64,000 bases of DNA from Nitrospirales bacterium (GCA_963555755.3 OY820905.2:1280001-1344000); one strand, 5' to 3'. Shown: positions 9,722-19,813, counted from the stretch's first letter. The notes: generated by a model from the sequence alone, not told the origin. Translations and numbers: made by a program.

Positions 9722-10488
9722 CTCCTGTCAACACGCTCATTGCCAAAGAACTTCGCTGCTTTGTGGTGTCACCCGTGTTCTATGTGGTCGGCGCCGTGTT
9801 CTTGTTTATTTCCGGATTCCTGGCGCATCTCATGGTCGTGAATGCCGGACAACAAGCCCTCCGGTTTTTGCAAATGCAAAATACCTATGCACAGCTCAAC
9901 TTGAATGAATTAGTCTTCCGCCCCATCTTTCACAGCTTGGCCATCGTCCTCATTTTCCTGCTGCCGATGCTCACCATGCGGCTCTTTGCCGAAGAACGGA
10001 AATTGCGCACCATGGAATTGCTGCTGACCTCACCCATCGGGATCAATGAAATTATTTCCGCGAAATTTATGAGCGTACTGATTATTTACCTCGGTCTGTT
10101 GGGATTAACCGGACTCACACCGTTCGTACTCTCGTTTTATAGTACGTTTAGTAACGATCCCATTCTGACCGGCTATCTCGGTTTAGCCCTGCAAGGTGCA
10201 TTCTTTTTATCGTGTGGCGTCCTGGCTTCGACCTTGACCGAAAATCAAATCGTCGCGGCATTTCTGAGTTTTGGCATCATCATTGTCTTTTGGCTCATTG
10301 GTGGGCTGGGGTCAATGTTGGGCGATACGACGCTCGGGGTAGTCATTTCCTATCTCTCCTTTGTGGAGCATTTCGATCGTCTCGTCCGAGGGCTGCTGGA
10401 AGCCAAAGATATCGTGTACTACCTGTCCGGCACGGTGTTGATGTTGTTTATCGCTCACCGAGTCGTGGATTCACATCGATGGCAATAA
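9718..10488 (+). CDS. ABC-2 permease (GldF-like)
   Basis: Six hydrophobic helices; TMRLFAEER..GT/ELLLTSP motif; ATGA overlap with the ATPase. Confidence 0.88.
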   Translation: MTPVNTLIAKELRCFVVSPVFYVVGAVFLFISGFLAHLMVVNAGQQALRFLQMQNTYAQLNLNELVFRPIFHSLAIVLIFLLPMLTMRLFAEERKLRTMELLLTSPIGINEIISAKFMSVLIIYLGLLGLTGLTPFVLSFYSTFSNDPILTGYLGLALQGAFFLSCGVLASTLTENQIVAAFLSFGIIIVFWLIGGLGSMLGDTTLGVVISYLSFVEHFDRLVRGLLEAKDIVYYLSGTVLMLFIAHRVVDSHRWQ

Positions 10489-12008
10489 ACCCACTCATGC
10501 CGTTATTAGGAATCTTGGGAGCGGTGCTGGCACTCAGCGGATTGGTGCTGTCAGAAATCGATCCGTCCCGACCAGGAACCGTGGCCACTCTGGAAGGCCT
10601 TGGGTTGTTGTGCTTGTCGATGTACCTCGTCGGCAATTGGCAGCGACTCAAAACGTTTTCCACTCAGCGTTCCACCATACTTGGTTTTCATAGCATCCTG
10701 GCGATCTTGTTGATGATCGGCATCCTCGTCATCGTAAACTTTCTGGTAGTCCGCCACGGAGGACGGTGGGACTTATCCGAAACCCAGCGTTTCTCTCTTG
10801 CGCCTCAAACTTTTCAAATATTGGGCCAACTCAGACAGGATGTCCACATTCGCGTCTTTGCCCATGAGCGTAGCCCGGGGTTTGGCGCCTATCGGGATTG
10901 GCTGGATACCTACAGCCACGTCTCGCCTCATATTCTGGTTACTTTTATTGACCCCGAAAAGGAACCTCAGCTCGCTCGGGAGCTCGATATTACAAAAATC
11001 GATACCGCCGTGTTTCAGAGTGGGGAGCAGACCATCCAGGTGACCAAACCCACCGAAGCCAATCTGACCAGTGCATTGATTCGCGTGACCAAGGATGAGA
11101 AAAAACGGATCGTGTTTCTGGAAGGACATGGGGAACGACGGATACAGGACCACGAAAGCGGAGGACTGTCGTTCCTAAAGGAACGCTTGGAGACTCAAGG
11201 CTATGAGGTTGACCGAGAAATATCGACAAACGATGCCGTAACGCTTCAGGGAACCACCGTGGTCATCGTAGCCGGACCCCGTGAACCGGTCTCCAAAACA
11301 GAGACCGAACGCATCAGGAACTTTGTTGAGACAGGTGGTCGCGTACTGTTATTGATTGATCCCCAAACCACCTCAGGTCTCGACCACATGTTGGCCCAAT
11401 GGGGACTCACGCTGGGGCCAGGGATTATTGTCGATCCCGAGGATCGTGTGTCACAAAGTAGCCCTACGGCTTTACTTGTTCGACGTTTTACGACTCACGC
11501 CATCACCCAAGGTTTTACCGCACCAATTTTACTGCCTGTGTCACAAAACGTGAGTTTTGACCAAACCACAGCCCTTCAATGGACCTTTACATCCCTCACC
11601 CAATCCTCGGAAGCCAGTTGGGCTGAAACGAACTTTACCCAGACCACTCCAGAATTCGAAGAAGGCGAAGACAGAAAAGGACCGTTCACACTCGCGGCAG
11701 CACTTGAGTTCACGGATGGAAAAAATTCTGGAGCTCCACATCCATCCTCCGTCATTATTGGCAACTCGGCCTTTGCCAGTAATGCGTATGCGAAGTTTCC
11801 CGGCAATACCGACTTTCTGTTAAACGCCGTTGCCTGGCTTGCGCAGGAAGAAGCCCTGATTTCTATTTCAGCCAAAGACCCCACATTTGCCCCATTCATT
11901 CCGAACCCGACACAGGAACATATGTTGCTGGCTGTCCAAGTCTTCTCGGTTCCCCTGCTGTTGTTGTTTCTGGGGATCACAATTTGGCGCCGACGGAGTC
12001 AGTTGTAA
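10479..12008 (+). CDS. GldG-like ABC auxiliary component
   Basis: RWDLSETQRFSL, FLEGHGE, GNTDFLLNAVAWL, C-terminal TM followed by RRR. Confidence 0.85.
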   Translation: MAINPLMPLLGILGAVLALSGLVLSEIDPSRPGTVATLEGLGLLCLSMYLVGNWQRLKTFSTQRSTILGFHSILAILLMIGILVIVNFLVVRHGGRWDLSETQRFSLAPQTFQILGQLRQDVHIRVFAHERSPGFGAYRDWLDTYSHVSPHILVTFIDPEKEPQLARELDITKIDTAVFQSGEQTIQVTKPTEANLTSALIRVTKDEKKRIVFLEGHGERRIQDHESGGLSFLKERLETQGYEVDREISTNDAVTLQGTTVVIVAGPREPVSKTETERIRNFVETGGRVLLLIDPQTTSGLDHMLAQWGLTLGPGIIVDPEDRVSQSSPTALLVRRFTTHAITQGFTAPILLPVSQNVSFDQTTALQWTFTSLTQSSEASWAETNFTQTTPEFEEGEDRKGPFTLAAALEFTDGKNSGAPHPSSVIIGNSAFASNAYAKFPGNTDFLLNAVAWLAQEEALISISAKDPTFAPFIPNPTQEHMLLAVQVFSVPLLLLFLGITIWRRRSQL

Positions 12009-12058
12009 CACTGAGAAACGCACAACACCCCAAAGGCCATGCAACGAATCACAACCCC

Positions 12059-13450
12059 ATGATATCCTACCGAACCACTATCTTACTCGCGGTGATTTTC
12101 GCCGGACTCGCCGTGTACCTCTATACCATCGAAGTTCCAACGATGGAACAAGAAGTGGTTCAACAACAGGAAGTCCAACGTCTCCTGCCATTTGACTATC
12201 GCGAAGTCACGGAATTGAAGATCACCACGCGTACGGAAACGATTCAGCTCTCCCGTGATGATCGCCACCGATGGAGCGTCGTGGAACCCCTTCAGGCTAA
12301 AGCCGACTCCCGAGAAATCGGAAAAATTCTCCGCGCGCTCGAGATTGGAAAAATTTCCCGCGTGATCCAAGAAGATGCGAAGGATCTCAGTGACTATGGC
12401 CTTGGGTCCCCACATGTCATTATCCAACTCAAAACTAATGGGCAACTCACGACCAATGGGCAATCCGAAACCCTCAGCCTGGGGGATGTAAGCCCCTTGA
12501 CCTCGACCCTCTATGCTCAACGAGCATCAGACACACAGATTCTCTTGACCACCTTATCGGTCAGGGATTTCCGCCGAAAAAACTTGTTCACCTTCAGACA
12601 TAAAGATGTGCTGTTTTTCGATCGGACTCGTGTTGAGCGCATTCAGCTCCAACACGCCGATCAACAGATGACGTTACAGCGAGTGGCTTCCATGCATGGG
12701 CCAACCAGCAATTGGCGTTTTTCCGATCCCTTCGAAGGCCCGGCGGATAAAACGTCTGTCGGACTGGTGCTCATGGCCCTCGACGACTTATCTGCAACAG
12801 ATTTCATCGACGCGCCATCTGAAAAAGAAGCGTTGTTGAAACGTTTACCGCCACCTATTTTGACAGCCATAGTCCATACGGGACGACGAGGGCACCTGGT
12901 CACATTCTTTCAGCAGTTGGAACAACCCGATGAGATATACGCTATCACCTCGGCGGATGATCCCATTTACAAAATCGCTCCAGCCACGCTTCAAGGACTT
13001 CCGACACGGGCTTTTGACCTGCAGGATAAGCGGTTATTTGGCATGGAAATGGCCGAGATCGGTTTGCTCACCGTCACGACATCTTCCGGATCGTATACAG
13101 TGGTTCAGCAACATGGAGAATGGTATCTGGACGGCGCAACGGATCGGCCTATTGATCAAAAGGAAATGAAACTGTTTGTCAGTCGTGTGGTCGATCTTCC
13201 TGCTGAGCTGTCGATTCGCGTCACCACAGACAACCTAGAGGAGTATGGCCTCGGCTCGCCGGCCATTGACATCATCGGCGTGGATACGAGAGGACGGCCA
13301 CGCGGCCATTTGGCGTTGGGAAAAAGAGAGAAAGGGTTGGTGTATGCCACGGGAGCCGGGTTGCCTGGGGTGTATCAAGCCCGATCCGTGATTTTAACCC
13401 AGATGCCTGCTGACGACTTTCTTCGGAAGGTCAATCCAGAAAAATTTTGA
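12059..13450 (+). CDS. DUF4340 domain protein
   Basis: N-terminal TM; repeated LxxYGLxxP motifs; usual neighbour of GldAFG-like systems. Confidence 0.8.
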   Translation: MISYRTTILLAVIFAGLAVYLYTIEVPTMEQEVVQQQEVQRLLPFDYREVTELKITTRTETIQLSRDDRHRWSVVEPLQAKADSREIGKILRALEIGKISRVIQEDAKDLSDYGLGSPHVIIQLKTNGQLTTNGQSETLSLGDVSPLTSTLYAQRASDTQILLTTLSVRDFRRKNLFTFRHKDVLFFDRTRVERIQLQHADQQMTLQRVASMHGPTSNWRFSDPFEGPADKTSVGLVLMALDDLSATDFIDAPSEKEALLKRLPPPILTAIVHTGRRGHLVTFFQQLEQPDEIYAITSADDPIYKIAPATLQGLPTRAFDLQDKRLFGMEMAEIGLLTVTTSSGSYTVVQQHGEWYLDGATDRPIDQKEMKLFVSRVVDLPAELSIRVTTDNLEEYGLGSPAIDIIGVDTRGRPRGHLALGKREKGLVYATGAGLPGVYQARSVILTQMPADDFLRKVNPEKF

Positions 13451-13565
13451 TCGGAGAAAAATTTTCTCATCAAACACATTCGAAAACGCCAAATGGCAAT
13501 CTCGAGCCCCTTCGACTACCACAGCCGTATCGAAGAGCATGAATGGATCAACAACCATGCAACTG

Positions 13566-13672
13566 CCTTTTGTCATTTCAACCCTTGAGAGAAATCTCCC
13601 CTCTTTTCACATCAGCCAAGCCTAGGCCTCACGGATGAGGAGATTTCTCTCAAGGGTCGAAATGACAAAAGG
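13566..13672. repeat. REPIN-like inverted repeat (family G)
   Basis: CCTTTTGTCATTTCAACCCTTGAGAGAAATCTCC ... GGAGATTTCTCTCAAGGGTCGAAATGACAAAAGG; related copies near 28969 and 51903. Confidence 0.75.
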
Positions 13673-13731
13673 AAAGGACCGGTTCACCTAGCCTTTCCAG
13701 AATTAGACGGACATCCTGTGGGTACACTGGA

Positions 13732-13905
13732 TTATTCCTTTTGTTCCTCTTTTTCCATTTTCTGGAAAAACCTGTCTGAATCCCCCCTCGTATCTTGCGT
13801 GGTACGCGAAGAGGATGGCTCTTCGGGTCCTGAGGAACATCCCACTCCCAAAAACACAACCACGCCTAACACCACGAGTGCCACAATCTGTTTTTTTCGA
13901 TTCAT
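13732..13905 (-). CDS. Small lipoprotein
   Basis: MNRKK, hydrophobic stretch, lipobox GVGC; GGGGAG RBS. Confidence 0.65.
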   Translation of the reverse strand: MNRKKQIVALVVLGVVVFLGVGCSSGPEEPSSSRTTQDTRGDSDRFFQKMEKEEQKE

Positions 13906-14110
13906 CTGTAGTCTCCCCTCGTTCACACATTCACATTTTTGGCACATGGCTCGCAGACCCCATTTCCGGGCACGGTATTGTATGGCCTAGTAACATTATA
14001 CCCAGAGCGGAAGATTCCGCGAAGCCCCAAGTTTGACGGTCTCACAGAATTTTGATAGCGTTTTTTCCACATCTATCACCACCGGATACCCGGCTACCAA
14101 CACGCCACCC

Positions 14111-14863
14111 ATGTCTCCTAAGAATTTTCTTCGTTCCTTTCCTCTTTTCGCACCCCTTTCGGAATCTGATTACGATCTTCTCTTGACTGACATTCAGGAA
14201 ACACCCTATCAGAAAGGTGAATATATTTTCCGCGAAGGAGACCCGACTGAATGGTTCCATATCGTCAAGGAGGGCACGGTCAAGTGTGTGAAGTCCTCGC
14301 CGGATGGACGAGACATGACCTTAAAGATCTTAACACCGGGTGACCTTTTTTGTTGCGAAGCCTCGGTCTTTGAAGGTGCTGTACATCCGGGGTGTGCCAA
14401 GGTACTGGATGGCGCAACCATTCTCAAAATTCCCAAAAAACGATATTTGGAAATCCTTCGTCGAAACCCGGAAATGGCCATGGAAGTTATTCAATACCTG
14501 GGGGAGCGATTACGGGAAGCCCAAGATAACGCCAAATCCTTGGTCTTTCATCCGGCTGAGCAACGCATGGCTTCAATCCTGCTCTCTTTGGCCACAAAAG
14601 CAGGACAGCCCGATCAGGAAGGGATACGGCTCCAAGCACGGCTCACTCGTCGTGATCTTGCCGATATGGCTGGATTAACAGTTGAAACCGCAACACGCAT
14701 CATGGGACGATTCAAAGCAAAGAACATTGTCATTGGTAAGGCTAAAAAACTCATTATCTGCAACATGCAAGCGCTCAAAGCCCTGGCCAACCCGCCGGAA
14801 GAACCCAATGAGGAAGCTGGATGCAACCTCACCCTGCACCAGATCGATTATCAAAAAACATGA
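14111..14863 (+). CDS. Crp/Fnr family transcriptional regulator (DNR/HcpR-like)
   Basis: IFREGD...GTVK cNMP fold; LTRRDLADMAGLTVETATR HTH. Confidence 0.9.
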   Translation: MSPKNFLRSFPLFAPLSESDYDLLLTDIQETPYQKGEYIFREGDPTEWFHIVKEGTVKCVKSSPDGRDMTLKILTPGDLFCCEASVFEGAVHPGCAKVLDGATILKIPKKRYLEILRRNPEMAMEVIQYLGERLREAQDNAKSLVFHPAEQRMASILLSLATKAGQPDQEGIRLQARLTRRDLADMAGLTVETATRIMGRFKAKNIVIGKAKKLIICNMQALKALANPPEEPNEEAGCNLTLHQIDYQKT

Positions 14864-14901
14864 CTTAAGTCATGTTTTTAACTTTTGACTTCCCCTATAC
14901 T
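14854..14901 (+). promoter_or_regulatory. Crp/Fnr-type palindrome with class II promoter upstream of nirK
   Basis: Perfect 26-bp palindrome AAAAACATGACTTAAGTCATGTTTTT (14854-14879) and TATACT at 14896-14901. Confidence 0.65.
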
Positions 14902-14958
14902 CCCCAACATCTCGCCTTAATTTTTTTACACTGTCAGTGCGAAGAGAAGGAGCAGAGT

Positions 14959-15972
14959 ATGCAGTTGTCCTATAGTAAAGTTCGTTCGATTCTCATCATT
15001 GCCTCCCTACTATGTGTATTGCCGTTTTCGGTTTCGGCGAAGCAACAAACGATTCAGGCAACGTTGACCACCGCACCTCAGGTTCCTCCACCCACCTCAC
15101 GATCAACCCCGGCACGGGTCGTGGTCAATTTTGAAGCTCATGAATTCATTGGCGAATTAAGCTATGGAAAGCAATATACCTATTGGGGCTTTAACCACTC
15201 AGTCCCAGGCCCCATGATTCGTGTTCGTCAAAACGACACGGTGGAATTTCACCTGAAGAATCACAAAGACAACCGATTTCCTCATAATATTGATCTCCAC
15301 GCGGTCAATGGGCCGGGAGGCGGAGCCGGAGTCAATCTGGTGATACCAGGGAAAGAATCGGTTTTCTCGTTCAAAGTGTTAAACCCTGGACTGTTTATCT
15401 ACCACTGTGCCTCCCCGGTGCCCAGTATTCCCGCTCACATTGCCAATGGCATGTATGGAATGATTCTGGTGGAACCTGCTAGTGGTCTCCCCAAGGTCGA
15501 CCAAGAATATTACGTTCTACAAAGCGAGTTCTTTACCAAACCATCCAGCAAGGAAGGCCTGCTGGAACTTTCAATGGAAAAAGGCCTAGCCGAACAGCCC
15601 GATTTCGTGGTGTTTAACGGAAAGGATGGGGCATTGACCGGTGATGAAGTCCTGAAGGCTACTGCTGGGGAAACCGTTCGAATTTATTTTGGAAACATTG
15701 GTCCGAATAGCATTTCGTCGTTCCACATCATTGGTGAAATCTTCGATACGGTCTATGTCGAAGGGGCATTGGATGGGTTGGTAAACCGAAATGTCCAAAC
15801 CACGGTGGTCCCGTCGGCTGGTGCGACTATTGTCGAGTTTAAAGTTGATATTCCAGGCGATTATTTACTCGTCGACCACAGCATTTTCCGAGTCGCCAAA
15901 GGGGCGGTAGGCTTTTTATCCGTCACAGGCAAGGGAAACCCTGAGATTTTCCAAAGTATTCAGCGACCGTAA
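14959..15972 (+). CDS. nirK: Copper-containing nitrite reductase
   Basis: Signal peptide; HNIDLH, YHC, HIANGM, SFH, LVDH copper ligands; AAGGAG RBS. Confidence 0.95.
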   Translation: MQLSYSKVRSILIIASLLCVLPFSVSAKQQTIQATLTTAPQVPPPTSRSTPARVVVNFEAHEFIGELSYGKQYTYWGFNHSVPGPMIRVRQNDTVEFHLKNHKDNRFPHNIDLHAVNGPGGGAGVNLVIPGKESVFSFKVLNPGLFIYHCASPVPSIPAHIANGMYGMILVEPASGLPKVDQEYYVLQSEFFTKPSSKEGLLELSMEKGLAEQPDFVVFNGKDGALTGDEVLKATAGETVRIYFGNIGPNSISSFHIIGEIFDTVYVEGALDGLVNRNVQTTVVPSAGATIVEFKVDIPGDYLLVDHSIFRVAKGAVGFLSVTGKGNPEIFQSIQRP

Positions 15973-16045
15973 CCGTTTAGGAATTGGTAAAGGGTAAAGA
16001 ATATGTCGTTATTCTTTTCCCTTCACTCATCACACCCGCCTGTCA

Positions 16046-16166
16046 GGGGCTGTTGAAAAAGGCTGTCCAGCAAGGCCGCAGGGCCTTTGGCGCCCGCAGC
16101 GTACATGAAGTACGTGAGGACGACAAAGGCCCGAGAACGCAGCTGGCGGCCTTTTTCAACAGCCCC
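16046..16166. repeat. Family C element
   Basis: GGGGCTGTTGAAAAAGG ... CCTTTTTCAACAGCCCC; abuts the cupin stop codon. Confidence 0.85.
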
Positions 16167-16483
16167 TAGGGATTCGGAGCCATAAACACGAGCACCCGCA
16201 AACGGGAGCCTGAATGGTTTAGCACGCCGTGCTCCTCACCTGCTGGGGCCATGGTCCCCTGACCTGGTCCCAGAACCTGCTCTTGCCCACCGACCCGAAA
16301 TGTCCCTTGGCCTTCCAGGACAAGATAGACTTTATCTTGATCGGGATGCACATGCCCCTTTTGCTCTTGACCAGGCTCGAAGCAATAGACATCACAAAAA
16401 AAACGAGAGGTTTGAAACAGGTTATGCTTTTTCATTTTCTCTGTGGAAAACGTTTGGAAATCTGCCAGGCTTATCACTGTCAT
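16166..16483 (-). CDS. Cupin domain protein
   Basis: HVHPDQDKVYLVLEGQG ... GEEHGV cupin motifs. Confidence 0.85.
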   Translation of the reverse strand: MTVISLADFQTFSTEKMKKHNLFQTSRFFCDVYCFEPGQEQKGHVHPDQDKVYLVLEGQGTFRVGGQEQVLGPGQGTMAPAGEEHGVLNHSGSRLRVLVFMAPNP

Positions 16484-16723
16484 CAGAGTACCTCCAACTC
16501 AAACTGTCTTAACAGCAGCGCAACTCAATCCCGACTTTAGAAGTCATTATAAATAGCCCCTGAGACTCAAAGGATCCCCATTCTAACAAAGCTTTCGTGT
16601 CAACCCAAGAACTCATGGGGCATGCGTGAGGGGAATCTTTATTGAGATTTGCCTCGTCCGTCTTGTCATGGTAGCGTGTGAGAAACGCCACGTTGATCAC
16701 TCATTGCTATCGAGGAGCGATAC

Positions 16724-17356
16724 ATGAATCTGCGGGATACATTTCGGAACCAGATATTATGGAGTGTAGGTTTCCTCCTCATCCTGACCAGCGCAACATA
16801 CGCGGGGGACAAACTTCCTGGGGAATACCGCCTGATAGAGGAGCCGGAAATTCACACGAATGGCAAAGTCGTACTCTTGGAATTTGCGGATTTTTATTGC
16901 CCGCATTGTCATATGTTTGATAACCAGGTGAGCTCAACACTCAAAAAGGAATTCGGCGATCGTTTGGAAATTCAGATGATTGGCTTTCCCGTCATGCGCG
17001 GAAAATTGCCAACCGCTTTCGAAATGTATGAACAAGCCAAAGTCATGGGCAAAGGGCCGGAAATGAAAGCGGTCCTGTTTCGGTCCATTCATCAAGACAA
17101 GATCCATATTTTTGATCGAAGCCTTCGATCACTCTTGATTCGTGAAGTCGGACTCAACGTGAAAGACTTTGAAGCGGGAATGGCCACCGGCGAACCGTAT
17201 AAAGCGTTAGAGCATGGGAAAAAATGGGGTGAACGCATTGGCGTGACCCATACCCCCACCATCATCCTCAACGGAAATATTCGCGTTGACAATATCGGCA
17301 TTGAGAACCTCAGAACCCTGATTAAAGGGATTCTCAAGCAGGATAAAGCCGGCTAA
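16724..17356 (+). CDS. DsbA family thiol:disulfide oxidoreductase
   Basis: Signal peptide; FYCPHC; GVTHTPT cis-Pro loop. Confidence 0.88.
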   Translation: MNLRDTFRNQILWSVGFLLILTSATYAGDKLPGEYRLIEEPEIHTNGKVVLLEFADFYCPHCHMFDNQVSSTLKKEFGDRLEIQMIGFPVMRGKLPTAFEMYEQAKVMGKGPEMKAVLFRSIHQDKIHIFDRSLRSLLIREVGLNVKDFEAGMATGEPYKALEHGKKWGERIGVTHTPTIILNGNIRVDNIGIENLRTLIKGILKQDKAG

Positions 17357-17435
17357 GGGTTCGCGCAAGAATATCACTTCCTAATATTTGGGTGTCTCAG
17401 CACCCAAACAGGGGAAGTTATTCTCGCGCGAACTT
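17357..17435. mobile_element. Internally deleted family A MITE at the DsbA stop codon
   Basis: TAA-GGGTTCGCGCAAGAATA ... GGGGAAGTTATTCTCGCGCGAAC. Confidence 0.75.
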
Positions 17436-17571
17436 TAGCCCCGCATGTAATGAATTCCTAGCCAAACACGCCTCGACAACCCCCTAGCCAAGCCTGTTAT
17501 AATCCTAGCCAGCCTCATCTCAAGATGAGGTAGAAGCCCATCACCTTTTTTTGCCCCACTGGAGGAATCAT

Positions 17572-17775
17572 ATGGGAAAGAAGAAAGCCCCAAAAGTATC
17601 ATTTCCTGAAATAGACGCCATGCTTGAAGGCATGCAGGAATTACTCACGGATGAAGAAGGGAAGCCGCTTCCTTCGGATCACCCTCAAGTGATAAAACTA
17701 AAGAGCCTGGCGGAAAAAATCGGCACTAGCATGGAAGGCGGAGCGGGCGTTGACTCACTCCAGGGGCATGCGTAA
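17572..17775 (+). CDS. Small hypothetical protein
   Basis: GGAGG RBS before ATG; 67 codons. Confidence 0.55.
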   Translation: MGKKKAPKVSFPEIDAMLEGMQELLTDEEGKPLPSDHPQVIKLKSLAEKIGTSMEGGAGVDSLQGHA

Positions 17776-17901
17776 TACGTATTGAAAAGGAAACGGCCTG
17801 GGTTTCCTGGCAACACAGAACCATCATTCTCATGGCTCATGATTGGGGTGGACTTCTGTAGCACTTATGCCTACAGAGCGAAATTGGGTCAAATGAAAAC
17901 T

Positions 17902-18521
17902 GGATCTTCTCCTAAGTGAGTGGGTAAATTTGGGCGAGTAATTTCCTGAAAGGCTTGCTGGAGAAGAGGTTGGTGGGTTTTTCTACCGTGGGAAAAGTGG
18001 CCAGGCGTTCTTGAAGCTTCACCCTGATCATCCCTCCCCTTTGTAAGAGGACCTGCCGGCGCACCGGAGCGCTTTCAGCCTTCGTAGTCACTTCGGCGAA
18101 GGCGGCTTGGTGAAGGCGTGGGCTAGGTGGGGTAGCGCCCGCGGCAAGGAGCGAGCCGCAGGCATGCTGAAAGCCTGGACCGGATTCGACACCAGGCTGC
18201 TGAGGTTCTAACGAATCTGGGTGGGGTGCGCGAAGAGCGATCTGAGCGGCTGTCGTGACCCTCTACCTCCCCTTCCCTCCTTAGGACCTGATAGAAAATA
18301 ACTTGAACAATTTCGCATCCAATCTTCGGGCCATCTTTGAACGGGCCTCAATCGAAAAACCCTCAACATAGCTGTGCTATGCCTCGGGTTTTTCTCAATC
18401 GTTCCGTCCAAATCCAACCCAAATCTTGGCGCGAAATTGTTCAAGTTATTTTCTCTCAGGTCCTTACAAAGGAGGGGAGTGAAAACCGCCAGAAGTCACC
18501 CACACGATTTGGAGAAGAGCC
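17902..18521. mobile_element. Nested element stack: outer TIR element > REPIN > inserted REP and MITE
   Basis: Outer ends GGATCTTCTCCTAAGTGAGTGGGT / ACCCACACGATTTGGAGAAGAGCC; inner CCCCTTTGTAAG REP pair. Confidence 0.65.
18284..18463. mobile_element. MITE with 33-bp TIR and TTA target duplication, inserted in a REP hairpin
   Basis: TTA-GGACCTGATAGAAAATAACTTGAACAATTTCGC ... GCGAAATTGTTCAAGTTATTTTCTCTCAGGTCC-TTA; removal restores CCCTCCTTACAAAGGAGGG. Confidence 0.85.
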
Positions 18522-18607
18522 CATTTTAAATTACCGAGTTCTTTGTGGTAGATTTTTAATGAGTAAGTCTGTCCTCACGAAAGTATCAAGAGGGGTATCC
18601 ACTCACA

Positions 18608-18975
18608 AAGCCCGAAAACTTAGATTCCCGCGTGGAGACCAATCGGCTTTCTTGCCTAACACAGCGCCGCGGGAATGACACGGCTTTTGTTTTGGCAAGC
18701 TACTGATTTGTTCAGCAGTTCAAATTGGGGCAGCTGCGGAATGAATGTATCAGGGAAATCTTCTTCACCCTAAGACACTGCCCTGCAGTCCTCCGTGTGT
18801 CATCCCCGCAATTTGTTAGCGGGGATCCAGGTTTTAGTTTCTTTTCTACTCGAGGGTGTGAATTTCGAAGCCCGGAACCCTGGATTCCCGTGTTCAAACC
18901 TTTAGGCAACTTATTCTTCCCCCATGCCGCGGGAATGGCACGGCTTTTGTTGATGTGCCACTGACTTGATCGGCA
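18608..18975. repeat. Tandem GATTCCCG/CGGGAAT REP units with different 35-nt loops
   Basis: Two units 260 bp apart with shared flanks; related short-loop REPIN at 49874-49966. Confidence 0.7.
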
Positions 18976-19114
18976 AACAGCTCGTGTGCTACCCGCTAAA
19001 AAGACTTAGAGCTTCAACATCTCAACACATGGTGCAATGGACGAGTCCTCTTCATGAAAAACTGGAGTCACCATCCTAGATTATGGGATACTGCTTTCCA
19101 CGGAGGTGCGGACA

Positions 19115-19762
19115 ATGGAATACAACGAGAAAACTATACAAGCGAAACAAAAAATGGCGATGCATCGACGGGAGTTTTCGTGTCGCGAGGTGGATGAATA
19201 CTCTGATGATCCCCGACTTCCCCCGGGTCAACATATGGTGAACAACTGGCCTGTTCTGGATTTAGGATATAAACCTAAAATCTCGCTTGAGGACTGGCAA
19301 TTGACGGTAGATGGACTCGTCACTAATCCGATCACTTGGAACTGGGAGGAGTATCAAACTCAGCCCCAGCAGCCCTTTACGTCTGATTTCCATTGCGTGA
19401 CGTCTTGGAGTCAGTTTGACATGGAATGGTTGGGCGTGAGCTTTCGGCATGTGCTGAACGTGGTTCAACCCAAGCCAGAAGCCAAATATGTGCTTTTCGA
19501 GTCGTATGATGAGTACACGACCAACCTACCCCTGTCCGTCTGCGATGACGACGATGTGTTTCTGGTGCACACGTGGAATCATCGTCCGCTTTCCCGAGAT
19601 CACGGCGGCCCGGTTCGCATGATCATTCCTAAACGGTATGCCTGGAAAGGTGCCAAGTGGATCAAGAAAATCACCTTCGCGGAAAAAGATCAAAAAGGCT
19701 TTTGGGAAGTGCGTGGCTACTCCAACACCGCCTTGCCGTGGAAGGATGACCGGCATGGGTGA
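19115..19762 (+). CDS. Sulfite oxidase-like molybdopterin oxidoreductase (YuiH/MsrP-like)
   Basis: RLPPGQ, DFHCVT.WS, HGGPVRM, YAWKGAKW, GFWE.RGY. Confidence 0.9.
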   Translation: MEYNEKTIQAKQKMAMHRREFSCREVDEYSDDPRLPPGQHMVNNWPVLDLGYKPKISLEDWQLTVDGLVTNPITWNWEEYQTQPQQPFTSDFHCVTSWSQFDMEWLGVSFRHVLNVVQPKPEAKYVLFESYDEYTTNLPLSVCDDDDVFLVHTWNHRPLSRDHGGPVRMIIPKRYAWKGAKWIKKITFAEKDQKGFWEVRGYSNTALPWKDDRHG

Positions 19763-19813
19763 TTGAGATTCACTCAGCAAGACCGCAGAGTATGCAGAGG
19801 ATACAATAATTTG

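Noticed and set aside
8567..12058. Long N-terminal extensions of the ORF-track calls for the ABC cluster
   Set aside because: They overlap upstream genes or non-coding DNA; downstream ATGs at 8723, 10479 and 12059 fit the families better.
13940..13954. Possible sigma-54 site TGGCACATGGCTCGC
   Set aside because: Imperfect -12 element and no supporting context.
17456..17512. Three CCTAGCCA direct repeats upstream of a small ORF
   Set aside because: Short and irregularly spaced; insufficient evidence for an operator.
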